Of a stretch of DNA of 20,000 bases, positions 9,997 through 20,000 are shown in pieces. The position numbers and the translations under genes were made by a program. The number at the start of each line of letters is the position of its first letter. Position 1 is the first letter of the stretch. A model generated the notes under the pieces. The model was not told the origin of the DNA and searched no databases. It saw nothing but the letters and a program-made list of their open reading frames with translations. The stretch is taken from positions 77,389,465-77,409,464 of the forward strand of contig NC_057711.1 of NCBI RefSeq assembly GCF_004010195.1, read 5' to 3'. The stretch comes from Chiloscyllium plagiosum (Eukaryota).

Positions 9997-10339
9997 AGAT
10001 GTCAGAGGTAGTTTCTTTACTCAGAGAGTATTAAGGGTATGGAATGCTTTGCCTGCAGCGGTAGTAGATTCGCCAACTTTAAGTACATTTAAGTTGTCAT
10101 TAGACAAGCATATGGAAGTATATGGAATAGTGTAGGTTAGATGGGCTTCAGATTGGTATGACAAGTCGGCGCAACATTGAGGGCCGAAGGGCCTGTACTG
10201 CGCTGTAATGTTCTATGTTCTATGATATATAGTTTAGCATTATTTGAAATCTTCAACTAAACCTATACTGAGAAAGCCAGCTGAAAAAAATGAAGGTAGA
10301 AATCATGATGTGATCCTATCATAGCTAAAGTTAGTTAAT

Positions 10340-10687
10340 ATTCCGTTATAAACAGAAAAATTTGACTTTGGGAAATTGGCAATAAGAATTTAAACAGAAT
10401 TACGAAAGGAGGCATAATTTTAAGGTGAAAGCTAGGAGATTTAGAGGGATTTAAGAAAAAATTTTCCTCCAGTAGACAGTGGGTGTTTGGCATGCACTGC
10501 CTAGGAGGGTAGTTGAAGAGGTAACCTCGCAATATTTAAAAAGTACTTTGCTGAGCACATGAAATGTCATAACATTCAAGGCTATGGTCTAGTGATGGAA
10601 TGTGGAACTAGTATAGATTTAGAGTAACTTTGGCGGCACAGACTTTGATGGGCCAAAGGGACTCTTTTAAACACTATGATTCTATGA
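10340..10687 (+). mobile_element. Older CR1-type LINE 3' fragment
   Basis: GGCATAATTTTAAGGTGA...AAAAATTTTCCTCCAG..TGGCATGCACTGCCT parallels the GH..K..FFTQRV..WNALP region. It ends GATGGGCCAAAGGG...CTATGATTCTATGA, a CR1 tail. Confidence 0.8.
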
Positions 10688-10829
10688 AAGTTTGATCTTC
10701 AAGGACAGAAGTCAAACAACAAGACTTGAAGAGAGAAGCTTAGAATAAGGTAAAAGAAAATCTGTCTCTCACAAGGGCTTTTATTTAACTAGAATTCTGC
10801 ATTTATCACCTAAATTCCACCTAAATTTT

Positions 10830-10873
10830 GTTGGGCCAAAGGGCCTGTTTCCATACTGTAGGGAATCTAATCT
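10830..10873 (+). mobile_element. Isolated HER1/HE1-type 3' tail remnant
   Basis: GTTGGGCCAAAGGGCCTGTTTCCATACTGTAGGGAATCTAATCT matches the reverse complement of the SINE tail at 12630-12690. Confidence 0.7.
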
Positions 10874-12150
10874 CAAGACAAAGTGACCAAAAGATGTTTG
10901 AACCTTAATATTACAGGTGTTTTGACAGGTCCTGCTATGAATATGTATACCAGTTTGCCAGAAGACCAATTTGTGTGATTTATTTATTTACTGTCATTTG
11001 CATTTTACAGTAAAATACAGTGAAAATCTTCCTCGTCCCTCTGTGCTATGGTAAGAAATTTGAAAAATCGGTTGAGATATTCAGGCCCCTCTTGCCCTCA
11101 AGGTAGAAGTATCGCATTTTCCTGCTAAGTCCTGGACTTTGAGATGAAGGTCTCGTTAGTGCAGGGCGAGAGGCATATTAACAGGGATTATTGCTCATTA
11201 TCACTTAATAACAATTCACTGTTATGCACTATCTCACTTTTCCACACATCAGATAGAAACCAAACTGACAATTCCTGATATGAAAATCGGAGCAAGTACC
11301 TGGTGACCCCAGCTTGCTGCTCGCTCCTGTCCATCTTGGACACCTGGCACACTATTGGTCAGTGACTGCACGCACATTATTTCCATGAACTTTGGCATAC
11401 AAGATGTGCCACCCTCTCCACCTCAACATGGCTCATCTCCAATTCACTTATACAATGCTTCTGCACTTTAATGTTGCAGTTCTCAGCACTGGCACTTCTC
11501 ATTGGAATGCTTCTGCAAGGTAACTGTGTGCAGGGACAGACAACCAGTTCAAGATTGGATCAGGCTGCATCTTAGGGCTGCTAGCTCAAACGTAATGCTT
11601 ATTCTCTTTGTGCCTCCCCTTGATCCTCTAAACATCACTATCTTGCCTTGGGCTTGCCTTTTTGCACTTTAGCCCCTGAGTCTGATCTTAAAAGTTCAAA
11701 ATACATTGTGTTGTTTTGCAGTTTAGCACAAATGGATGTCAGGCAGATTATCATGGTTGCCAAGGGGATAGACACATTGCTGTACGGCATGGTGCATGGT
11801 ACATGAAATACATGTGCCAGCTGTGTATGTACCAAAGACACTGCATGTGCTTCAAGAAAATAACTATCTACCAAAAGTATAAAGATACTGGTGCCCAATC
11901 AAATCCAGGGAGACACCCTTCAGTCAAGAGTGTTCCAGCGCTGTAAGTCAATGGCAGCCTCTGAAAGGGCTTGGCCACATTCAGCCAGTTGGTCGGGATG
12001 GTCAGGGTCAGTGGTCTGTACCTCTACACTCCAGAGCCACTGTGAGTACAGTGCAACTAGTCCAGGGTATCACGGGAAGGTAGTCAGCGAGCATCATTCA
12101 GTGTTGTCTGGCTAAACCATGCAAGGAGGTGTGTCATGTTCAGTATTGGG

Positions 12151-12280
12151 TAAAATCACTGACTGCAGATGCTGGAAACCAGAGTCTAGATTAGAGTGAT
12201 GCTGGAAAAGCATAGCAGTTCAGGCAGCATCCGAGGAGAGTAAAATTGACGTTTCGGGCAAAAGCCCTTCATCAGGAATA
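12151..12280 (-). mobile_element. Second short Penelope-like insertion (single arm), related to 9777-9996
   Basis: Flanked by CATGTTCAGTATTGGG (12135-12150) and CATGTTCAGTACTGGG (12281-12296), a 16-bp duplication with one mismatch. The minus strand aligns with 9865-9985 (GGATGCTGCCTGA.CTGCT..GCTTTTCCAGCA...CCAGCATCTGCAGTC). Confidence 0.8.
12248..12275 (-). ncRNA. Minimal hammerhead-ribozyme-like core (second copy)
   Basis: The minus strand reads CTGATGA-A-GGGC-TTTT-GCCC-GAAAC-GTC. It differs from the first core only at the variable N7 position and in the helix II loop. Confidence 0.6.
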
Positions 12281-12629
12281 CATGTTCAGTACTGGGATGG
12301 GGGTCAGGTTCCATGGACTAACAATCAAAGGGGCATTATTAGTGCTGCTGTTAGGGGGTTCAGTTCTTAATCATTGGGATTGGAAGCAGAATACTGGGTG
12401 AAATGGATGCAACTCAGTATGTATTCGGGAGGCAACAAGATACGGAAGGTAAATGGGTAATGCAGGAAGAGGCAATTGACTGTGAGCAGCTATCTAGCTT
12501 CAATGGGGGGAGGGCTAATAGACTATGTTTATTTCAAAAGCCTGGTGGTAGGGGGAGGCATGCTAAAGTGGGCAGGTGAAAAGTTAGATAGATTTATTGG
12601 TTGAGAATTTGGGAAGTTCAAAGCCTATT

Positions 12630-12952
12630 GATTAGATTAGATTACATTGGATTTCCGACAGTGTGGAAACAGGCCCTTCAGCCTAACAAGTCCACACTGA
12701 CCCTGCAAAGAGTGACCCACCCAGATCCATTTCCCCCAGACTAATGCACCTAACACTGGGCAATTTAGCAAGGCGAATTTACCTGACCTGCACATCTTTG
12801 GACTGTGGGAGGAAACCGGTGCACCCGGAGGAAACCCACGCAGACACAGAGAGAACGTGCAAATCCTGCACAGAGACTCACCCGAGGGCGGAATCGAAGC
12901 CGGTCCCTGGTGCTGTGAGGAAGCAGTGCCAAATACTGAGCTACCGTGCCAA
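12630..12952 (-). mobile_element. HE1-type V-SINE (tRNA head, V-domain, CR1/HER1-derived tail), near full length
   Basis: On the minus strand there is a head GGCACGGTAGCTCAGT (A box) and GCTTCGATTCC (B box). The central V-domain reads TTGCACGTTCTCTCTGTGTCTGCGTGGGTTTCCTCCGGGTGC..CGGTTTCCTCCCACAGTCCAAAGATGTGCAGG. The tail is GAAGGGCCTGTTTCCACACTG plus (TAATC)n. Confidence 0.92.
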
Positions 12953-14016
12953 CCCTGAATGCACAGATGGACCTTTAAGATGAACAGTAGCTAGGTCAGT
13001 CAGGGAGGTGGCAGGTATTTGGTGCACTGTCCCCTTCCCTTTCATTCAGCCTCTTGTCCATCAGTGGGCGACATTGCAACCATCCCTTCCAAACTCCAGC
13101 ACCTGAAAGAGCACTGGCACCAAGGCTCAGAGGGCACTGTTTTTTTGTCAATGCATCGAAACTGCAAATTAGCTGATCTTTCTTATATAGAGTGACCATG
13201 TACTTTTGTTTAATATTGGGATGTTCTTTGTTGATGTCAAATTTTAATCTTTTGTGTATCACTGACTTCCTTTGCCCCAATAGCAGCCATGTCTTTAGTT
13301 ATAGAATTTTCTTTAGCTAACAGGGTGGGTCACCAGGAAGGGAATGTTTACTGATGGCAGTCCAAATCCTTTCCCCAAACACTTCTGACCATTTCATGCA
13401 ATATTTGAATCAGACCCCTAATGGCTGTGATACAATAGCAATACAATACATTGCTATTGCTGGATAGATTGATCTTTCTTGCTAAAGTAGCAAACAACTG
13501 CCATGTACCCATAGCCTTCGCATGGTTCGGGAGCTGCTTACTTCACACCTTTACCATAAAACATTGTGTAGTGCTCAGGATAGCTAGGCTGTAAATCTTC
13601 AATGTTTTAGTTGCAGCTAGACAGATATTCACACACGCAGCTGATGAAAAAAAGTTGAACATATATTTACAAATGTGATAACTTACTTATGTTGGCATGT
13701 TACTCGTGCCACATGTATGTCCTCAGAAGGTTTTTCTCCCCCACTTCCACAAGTCTCATCACAGTTCTAGGCTTTGCAGCTGATTGGCAGGAGCTTGGCC
13801 TATAGTAGAGACTTTTGACCTTGCAGGTTTGATCAGGTGATCTCAGAGGGGCTAGTGGCTACAGGGCCCAGTCATGCTGAGTGCTGAGAGGCCTAACCCT
13901 AATCCTATCAAGGCCTCCTTGGCTGGAACTCCCACACGGCTGAGGACGGCAGATAGGGTGGAGATGAATGCCCAGCCACTGAAAGAGTATCCTGAGAAGA
14001 GAATTCTGGGACCTAT

Positions 14017-15153
14017 GTCATAGAGACTGAGAGAGTCATAGAGTCCTACAGCGTGGAGACAGGCCCTTTGGCCCAAACTGATCCATGCCGACCAAACTGT
14101 CCATTCATGCTAACTCCATTTCCCTGCACTTGGCCCATATCCTTCTAAACCTTACCGATCCATGTATTTGTCCAAATGCTTTTAAAATGGTGTTAATGTA
14201 CCTGCCTCAACCATTTCTGCCGGCAGCTCATTCCCTATGCATACCACCCTCTGTGTGAAAAAGTTGCCCCTCAGGTTCCTTTTATTCTTTTCCCTCTTAT
14301 CTTAAACTAATGCCCTCTAGTCCTTGATTCCCCGACCCTGGGAAAACGACTGAGCGTGTTCACCCTACATATGCCTCTCATGATCTTATACACTTCTATA
14401 AGATTCCTCCTCAGTCTCCTGTGCTCTAGAGATAAAAGTCCTAACTTGTCCAACCTCTCCCTATAACTCAGTCCCCTGAGTCCTGGCAACATCCTTGTAA
14501 ATTTCTTTTGCATTCTTTCCAGTTTAATAACATCCTTCCTGTAACAAGGTGACCAAAACTGAACACAATACTCCAAGTGTGGCCTTACCAACGTCCAGTA
14601 CAACTGCAACATAACTTTCCAATTTCTACACTCATTGCCCTGACTAATGCAGGCCAGTGTGTCAAAAGCCTTCTTCACTGTCCTGTCTACTTCTGACTCC
14701 ACCTTTAGAGAACTATGCACTTGAACTCCAAGGTCCCTTTGTTTCAGTACACTCCTTAAGACCCTACCATTCATCATGAAACTCCTACTTTGACTTCCAA
14801 AATGCAAGGCCTCACCTATATTAAACTCCATTTGCCATTTCTCAGCCTACTTCCCCAGCTGATCAAGGTCCTGCTGCAATTTTTGATAACCTTCCCCAAT
14901 GTCTACAATACTTCCTATTTTAGTGTCATCTGCAAACTTACTAACCATCCAAATCATTGATATGGATAACAAACAGCAATGGGCTCAGCACAGACCCCTG
15001 AGGCACTCCACCAGTCACAGCCCTCCAGTCCGACAAGCATCCTTCCACTATTACCATCTGCTTCCTACCATCAAGCCAATTGTGTATCTAATGTGCCAGT
15101 TCTCCCTGGATTCCATGCGATCTAACCTTCTAGAGCAGCCTACCATGTGGAAC
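14017..15153 (-). mobile_element. CR1/HER1-type LINE, 5'-truncated
   Basis: ORF 14307-14831 (-) has MEFN..HFG, RDLGVQVHSSLKV, TLVRPHLEYCVQFWSP, LERMQKKFTRMLPGL and TRGH. KFADDTKI lies at ~14914-14938. The tail AGAGTCATAGAG is at ~14017-14045. Confidence 0.95.
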
Positions 15154-15229
15154 CTGATTTGTTGGTCTCCTCTGACTGTGTATTTATTGGTATCATCCAG
15201 TTTACTTATGAGGATGGAGTGTCTGGAAT

Positions 15230-16315
15230 AAGCTCAAGGTCCCTCATTGCCTTGTCACCTTGCTTTTGGTACTGAGCACCTATAGCTGGAGCAATGGATT
15301 GCAGATCTTTATACATTATGAACAGGCCCTGAGATTGCTGGATTTGGCTCTCCATGGCAACAGCCAACCTGGAGATGGAGGCAGCCTGACAGAGGTAGCA
15401 GCATCCCAACTGCGTTACTGCAGTCCTGCAACATTTGTGTCTGGTTGTCTGGTGCCCTCAGCCTACCTGCCTGCTGCTCCTGTGATTGCTTTTGCATTTG
15501 TATGACATTCCTATTTGTCAACACCACAGGGTCCTCTCTTGTCTGGAGATGAGCAGGTGTTTGGTTTCTGGCAATCCACTGAGTGCTAGTGACCTGGGTG
15601 GCTTTTTCCTTTACCAGCTATGGAGAATTGGCAGTGCTGTGATCGCCAACAGATATTCCTAAATCTAGATAAAATATCCAGTCAGGTATCAGTATCTGAG
15701 CTGGTGAGGGTACAAGAAGCAGCCTTGCTGTTACTTCCTTTGTGTGAGGTGGGAGTGTCTAACCCAACTATTAGTGCTGGAATAAGTGAGGGGAAAGGTA
15801 ATGTGTTGTGTGCAGTCACAGAGAAAGAGTGACTGTGAGGTAACTGAGAGAAGATCTTTGGCATTGTTTCAGAATTCCTGGCCATTTCACTGGGCTGTGG
15901 GCATCACATTGGCCTCGTAGCAACCTAAGACCAGGCTGGCAGGGTCTGTGTAATGGATTTACTGCCCATCCTGGACAAAGTGCCAAGACCCCTGGAGCTG
16001 TATCCACAAATTGGGATGCCAGTTTATCTGTCATTTCACACATGACTCAACTGTAGCAGCTCTTTTTGACAGCTCATGACATGTCCACAATAGCCTTTTA
16101 AAAGTGGTGTTGACATCCTGGGATATCTTGTTAGAGGTGAGTACTTCTGCCTATAGTGAGTGGGAGGTTTGGGCAAACATTGGACAAGGGGCACCATTGA
16201 GCCGTGGTATGTAATTAATGAGGTGACAATGGGATGATCACTTGAGATTGCTGTGGGAAATCCTTCATGAAACCGTGAAAATGAAATGTGGCAAATTTCT
16301 GGTAAGATTTAGCCC
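15230..16315 (-). mobile_element. Probable decayed PIF/Harbinger-type DNA transposon arm with a Myb/SANT-like ORF remnant
   Basis: Minus-strand fragments KLASQFVDTAPGVL and RNS.(K)QCQ..F resemble the R.PRFS...LE.L and R...QC.KKF.DL motifs of Harbinger Myb/SANT proteins. They are followed by the coiled-coil-like AASISRLAVAMESQIQQ..DLQSIA. GGGCTAAATCTTACC (16301-16315, minus) looks like a terminal inverted repeat. The similarity is weak and judged by eye. Confidence 0.4.
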
Positions 16316-17247
16316 TGATTGTTGCTGTTGAATAATCCAACACTTGTGAAATTTGCAAGATAAGAAAAAATGCTGTTGGATCAGTGGTTTCAATCACTGA
16401 GGTTAGAGGAATATTTTGAAAAACTAAGAGAAATCATGATTATGGGTGAATTCAGAAATAGCATTCCATTCAGCTTCAGCATCAGTGTGTGCACCAACCA
16501 AGGTCCTGTGTCAGCTGAGTAGCATGTCAACAAAATGGCAGTACCTGCTGTGCTCTGAACCCCTCCCACTCCAGATTCACATCAACCATGAAACCTCTCA
16601 TTGCAATCAGTAGAGTCTACCATAATACTACAAGGTAGAACCCTTGCAAGTGTCAAAAATTCCATGTTATTTTCAACTTCCGTTCAACTCTCTTTAAGTC
16701 TTGCCTAATATCTGCATCTTTGAGGTGCCAATGACATAGGGCAAATCAAATTTGATCAGCATTTGAATCCTAAATGCATTCTAGTTGCTGGCATTGCAAG
16801 TGGATGATTAAATTATTGCAAATTAAATGCAAGTGCAATTTGCAAACACATGTTTCCTCTGTTTGTCCTTTCAATGTCCTAGTGCCCAGCAGCTGTGGAT
16901 CCTGTCTTTTTGCTCATCAAGCTGACACTTACTCTGCCGAAACTGGACTTTATCCCAGCCATTTTTCAGTGACAGTAATCATCAATAAACAACAAGTAGT
17001 GACAGGGATCGCAGAACACAGTGGATACATCAGCACTGGGCTCTGCCTGGTCACCAGGCATATCTTCTTTCCAGTATCCACATCCCCCTTTATTGAGCAA
17101 TACCCTGACAGGCCATTTCCACCTATCCCCTTACTCACATGTGGGAACCCAACACATTGAATTTTGTCACTAGCCTTCCTCCCTGCCCTCAAGTCCAAAC
17201 AGTACATCTTACTGACACCCAAAGTAGTCCTTTACACGACACATATA

Positions 17248-17432
17248 CCATAGTTTTACCAGACTGTAGAGCTGCTCTCTCATTAGAAAGAGCAATTGAT
17301 GATGATTTAACCTGAGGGCCACCACACCTCAGAAGAGGGGAGAAGTTGAGAAGAAGAGTTCTTCATGGTAGCCTCAGCCAGTAAGGGAATTGAGTGAATC
17401 AACCATCCAACCAACTGAGCTAAACTGACCCC
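17248..17432 (-). mobile_element. tRNA-derived SINE, internally deleted (family distinct from HE1)
   Basis: The minus strand starts GGGGTCAGTTTAGCTCAGTTGG, a clear A box. A partial B box (TCAATTCCC) follows at abnormally short spacing. The body contains the hairpin CTGAGG-TGTGGTGGC-CCTCAG and ends AATGAGAGAGCAGC..CTATGG. Confidence 0.75.
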
Positions 17433-17509
17433 TATTTACACTCTCCCTGTAGAAGACAGACAAAGATAGTGACCACATGGTCAGAGAAAGAAACTTACAC
17501 TGCTGTAAG

Positions 17510-18915
17510 TGAATCTGCCCAGTTATTGAATTTGCTGTTTGAGTTCAAGTATTTCTGGACATCGGAGTGCATTTAGGAAAAATTAACAAATAGCGAAATT
17601 CACAGCTGACCTTGGAGGAAATTGTGTGGCACAGCAGCAGATAAGAGCATAGTTTTTAAATATAACCTTGCTGTAAATCTATAATAATGAGTAGAATGGG
17701 TTCTTTCTTGATTATATGTTTTATTGAGACCTGTCTCTTGATTAAATTTTGAAAATGTAAACCAGAAGTAGTAAGTTAGCCTGGAGCAGTGTTTTTTAGA
17801 ACAATAAGACTGTGCTATTTTCTGGGTCTGTAGATTGTGAAGGAGCAAAGGTGGCCTTTAGTAGAGTGATGTGTTCTTCCTATCAGATGTGGGAGATTAG
17901 GGAGAGGTTCCATGTTACTGATGGTTATGTCTACAGGGAGTGCCTTTTGTTGCAAATCCTATCAGTTCACGTGGATCGGTTGAAGCAGCAGTTACAGGCA
18001 ATAAGGAATGTACAGGAGTTGAGATTGTGATGGATGGCAGTTATAGGAAAGGAGAAAATTTGCAGATACAGTCAGGTATATGGGCTCCAGGAAAGGTGCG
18101 AGAGGAAGGCGGGTCATGCAGAAGTCTCCTGTGGCTATCCCCATCTCAAATAAGTATGCTGTTTTAGAAAATGTAGGGGGTGATGGACTCTCAGGGAAAT
18201 GTAGCATGAACAGCCAAGTTTCAGGTAGTGAGAATGGCTCGAATGTAATGAGGGGTACGTCAAGTTCCAAGCGTTTGATTGTGATAGGGTAGTGTCTAGC
18301 CAGAGGCACATGCTGACATTCCTGCAGCTGGCAGCGAGAAATCAGAATGTGTATTGCCTCTCTGGTGCCAGGATCAAGGATATCTCAGAGAGGATGCAGA
18401 ATGCTCTCAAAGCGGAGAGGAACCAGCAAGAGGTTGTTGTACACACTGAAACTAACGACATAGGAAGGGAAAAGGATGAGATTTTGAAGGGAGAAAGTTA
18501 GGCAGGAATTTAAAAAGATCTTTGAGCCTAGTGATATCTGGATTACTCCCAGTGTTATGAGCTAGTGAGGAGAGGAATAGGTGGACAGAGAAAATGACTG
18601 CGTGGCTGAGGAGCTGGTGCAGCGGAGAAGGATTCATATTTTTGGATCTTTTGGAATCTCTTCTGGGGTAGAAGTGACCCGTACAAGAAGGATGGATTGC
18701 ACCTAAATTGGAAAGGAACTAATATAATGGCAGAGAGAAATCGCTAGACCTGCTCGGGAGGATTTACACTAGTAAGGTGCGGGGCGGGGGAGGATGGTGG
18801 TGGGACCCAGGGAGATAGTGAGGAAAGAGATCAATCTACAACTGGTATGGTTGGGAAAAGGAGCAAGTCAAACAGTCAGGGCAGGCTGGAACAAAGCAGA
18901 GAACAAGGTAGGACT
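17510..18915 (+). mobile_element. CR1 LINE 5' portion, copy A (5'UTR + degenerate ORF1 + ORF2 lead-in)
   Basis: Colinear with 18916-20000. ORF1 remnants include VMCSSYQMWE..YVYREC (decayed CxxC..CxxC), IPISNKY.VLE, LIVIG*, CLSGARIKDISER, VVVHTETND, ISGLLP and YKKDGLHLN (SGNH esterase block V, ~18680-18708). Confidence 0.88.
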
Positions 18916-20000
18916 AAGAGAGAGGGAGAACCTGCACAGTTACCGCCTTTGCTGTTTGAATTCATATATCGCTGGACATCAGAGTACATCTGGGAAAATT
19001 AACAAACAGTAAAATTCACACCTAAATTTGGAGGAACTGTTGGGTGAAGTTCACAGCACAGAATCAGATGTGTTAATTGTTGTTTTAAGTCTGTCCAAAA
19101 GAAAGGCTGCAGTACTGAGTATAGTGGATTCTTTCTTGATTATATGTTTTTGGAGATAAGTCTCTTGATTAAACTTAAAATATAAGCCAGAGCTATTAAT
19201 TTAACCTGGGGCAGTGTTTGTAGAGGAATATGACGGTGTTATTTTCTGGGTCTGTAGATTGTGAAGGAGCAAAAATGGTCTTTGCAGTGAAATATACTTC
19301 TTGTCAGATGTGGGAGTTTAAAGAGAGTTTAAGGGTAACTGTGGATTATATCTGCCCTAAATGCTGTTGGATGCGAATCTTATCAGATCGAGAGGATCAG
19401 TTGGAGAGACAGATAGAAGTGATGAGGAATTTGCAACAGCAACAGTATGTGATGGATGGCAGTTAAAGGAAGGGGAGAAAGTCCCAGATACAGTCATATA
19501 GATGGTTTAACTCCAGGAAAGGTAAGAGAGGTAGGCAGCTAGGGCAGGAGTCTTTTGTGGATATACCCATTTCAAACAGGTATGTTGTTTTGGAAAATGT
19601 GGGGTGTGATGGATTCTCAGGGGAACGTAGCACGAACAGCCAAGATTCTGGTATTGAGACTGGCTCTAATGCAACGAGGGGTACACCGGCTTCCAAGAGA
19701 TCAATTGTGTTAGGGGATTCTGTAGTCAGAGGTACAGATAGATGATTCTGTGGCCAGCAGAGAAAAAGCAGAACGGTGTGTTGTTTCCCTGGTGCCAGGA
19801 TCAAGGATGTCTCAGAGAGGGTGCAGAATGTTCTCACGGGAGAGAGGGGCCAGCAGGAGGTCATTGTCCACATTGGAACCAACGACATTGGAAGGGAAAA
19901 GGTTGAGACTCTGAAGGGAGATTGCAGAGAGTTAGACAGAAATTTAAAAAGGAGGTCCTCAAGGGTAGTAATATCCAGATTACTCCCATTGCTTTGAGCT
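18916..20000 (+). mobile_element. CR1 LINE 5' portion, copy B (5'UTR + ORF1), running off the window
   Basis: The 5'UTR is homologous to copy A (CAGTTA..TTTGCTGTTTGA.TTCA..CTGGACATC.GAGT.CAT..GGAAAATTAACAAA) and is followed by ORF1. Confidence 0.9.
19275..20000 (+). pseudogene. CR1 ORF1p: zinc-finger-like N-terminus + coiled coil + SGNH/GDSL esterase domain
   Basis: ORFs 19230, 19557 and 19776 share one frame, broken only by stops at 19464, 19743 and 19995. Motifs (Y)TSC..ICPKC, IVLGDSVVRG (block I), CFPGA (block II) and IVHIGTND (block III). Confidence 0.9.

Larger units (their letters stand above)
8655..10224 (+). mobile_element. CR1/HER1-type LINE, 5'-truncated (RT to 3' tail), with internal deletions and a nested insertion
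   Basis: Motifs [79 protein letters not shown] and FFTQRVLRVWNALP. It ends GGGCCGAAGGGCCTGTACTGCGCTGTAAT followed by a (GTTCTAT)n tail. Confidence 0.95.

Noticed and set aside
12885..12952. tRNA gene
   Set aside because: The A/B boxes belong to a SINE head fused to a V-domain and LINE tail; no intact cloverleaf. The same applies to 17385-17432.
13433..13459. 10-bp inverted repeat CAATAGCAAT/ATTGCTATTG
   Set aside because: Short, AT-rich and isolated; compatible with chance or a local template switch.
13892..13908. Telomere-like CCTAACCCTAATCCTA
   Set aside because: Only about two imperfect units, too short to call an interstitial telomeric repeat.
16774..17222. 128-aa (+) and 90-aa (-) ORFs and clustered TTGCAA motifs
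   Set aside because: No recognisable domain or splice context; the motif cluster is not distinguishable from background by eye.
17992..19888. Minus-strand ORFs 17992-18309 and 19463-19888 sharing similar peptides
   Set aside because: Antisense frames of the two homologous CR1 ORF1 copies; the similarity follows from the DNA homology.

Overview
Vertebrate nuclear DNA, almost certainly from a cartilaginous fish (shark), judged by an HE1-type V-SINE and HER1/CR1-type LINE tails. No complete host gene is visible and most of the window is decayed mobile DNA. It contains a 5'-intact, 3'-truncated L1-clade LINE (~2222-6860), several 5'-truncated CR1 fragments on both strands, and two adjacent CR1 5' ends (5'UTR plus zinc-finger/SGNH-esterase ORF1, ~17510-20000). 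There are also three tRNA-derived SINEs and a probable Harbinger-type Myb/SANT remnant. The most striking items are two short Penelope-like insertions (9777-9996 and 12151-12280). Each is flanked by a long target-site duplication and carries a minimal hammerhead-ribozyme-like core, and the first forms a perfect 85-bp inverted repeat. A repeat-poor stretch at 7251-~8345 looks like the terminal exon and 3'UTR of an unidentified + strand host gene. All family assignments come from motif recognition, not database searches.
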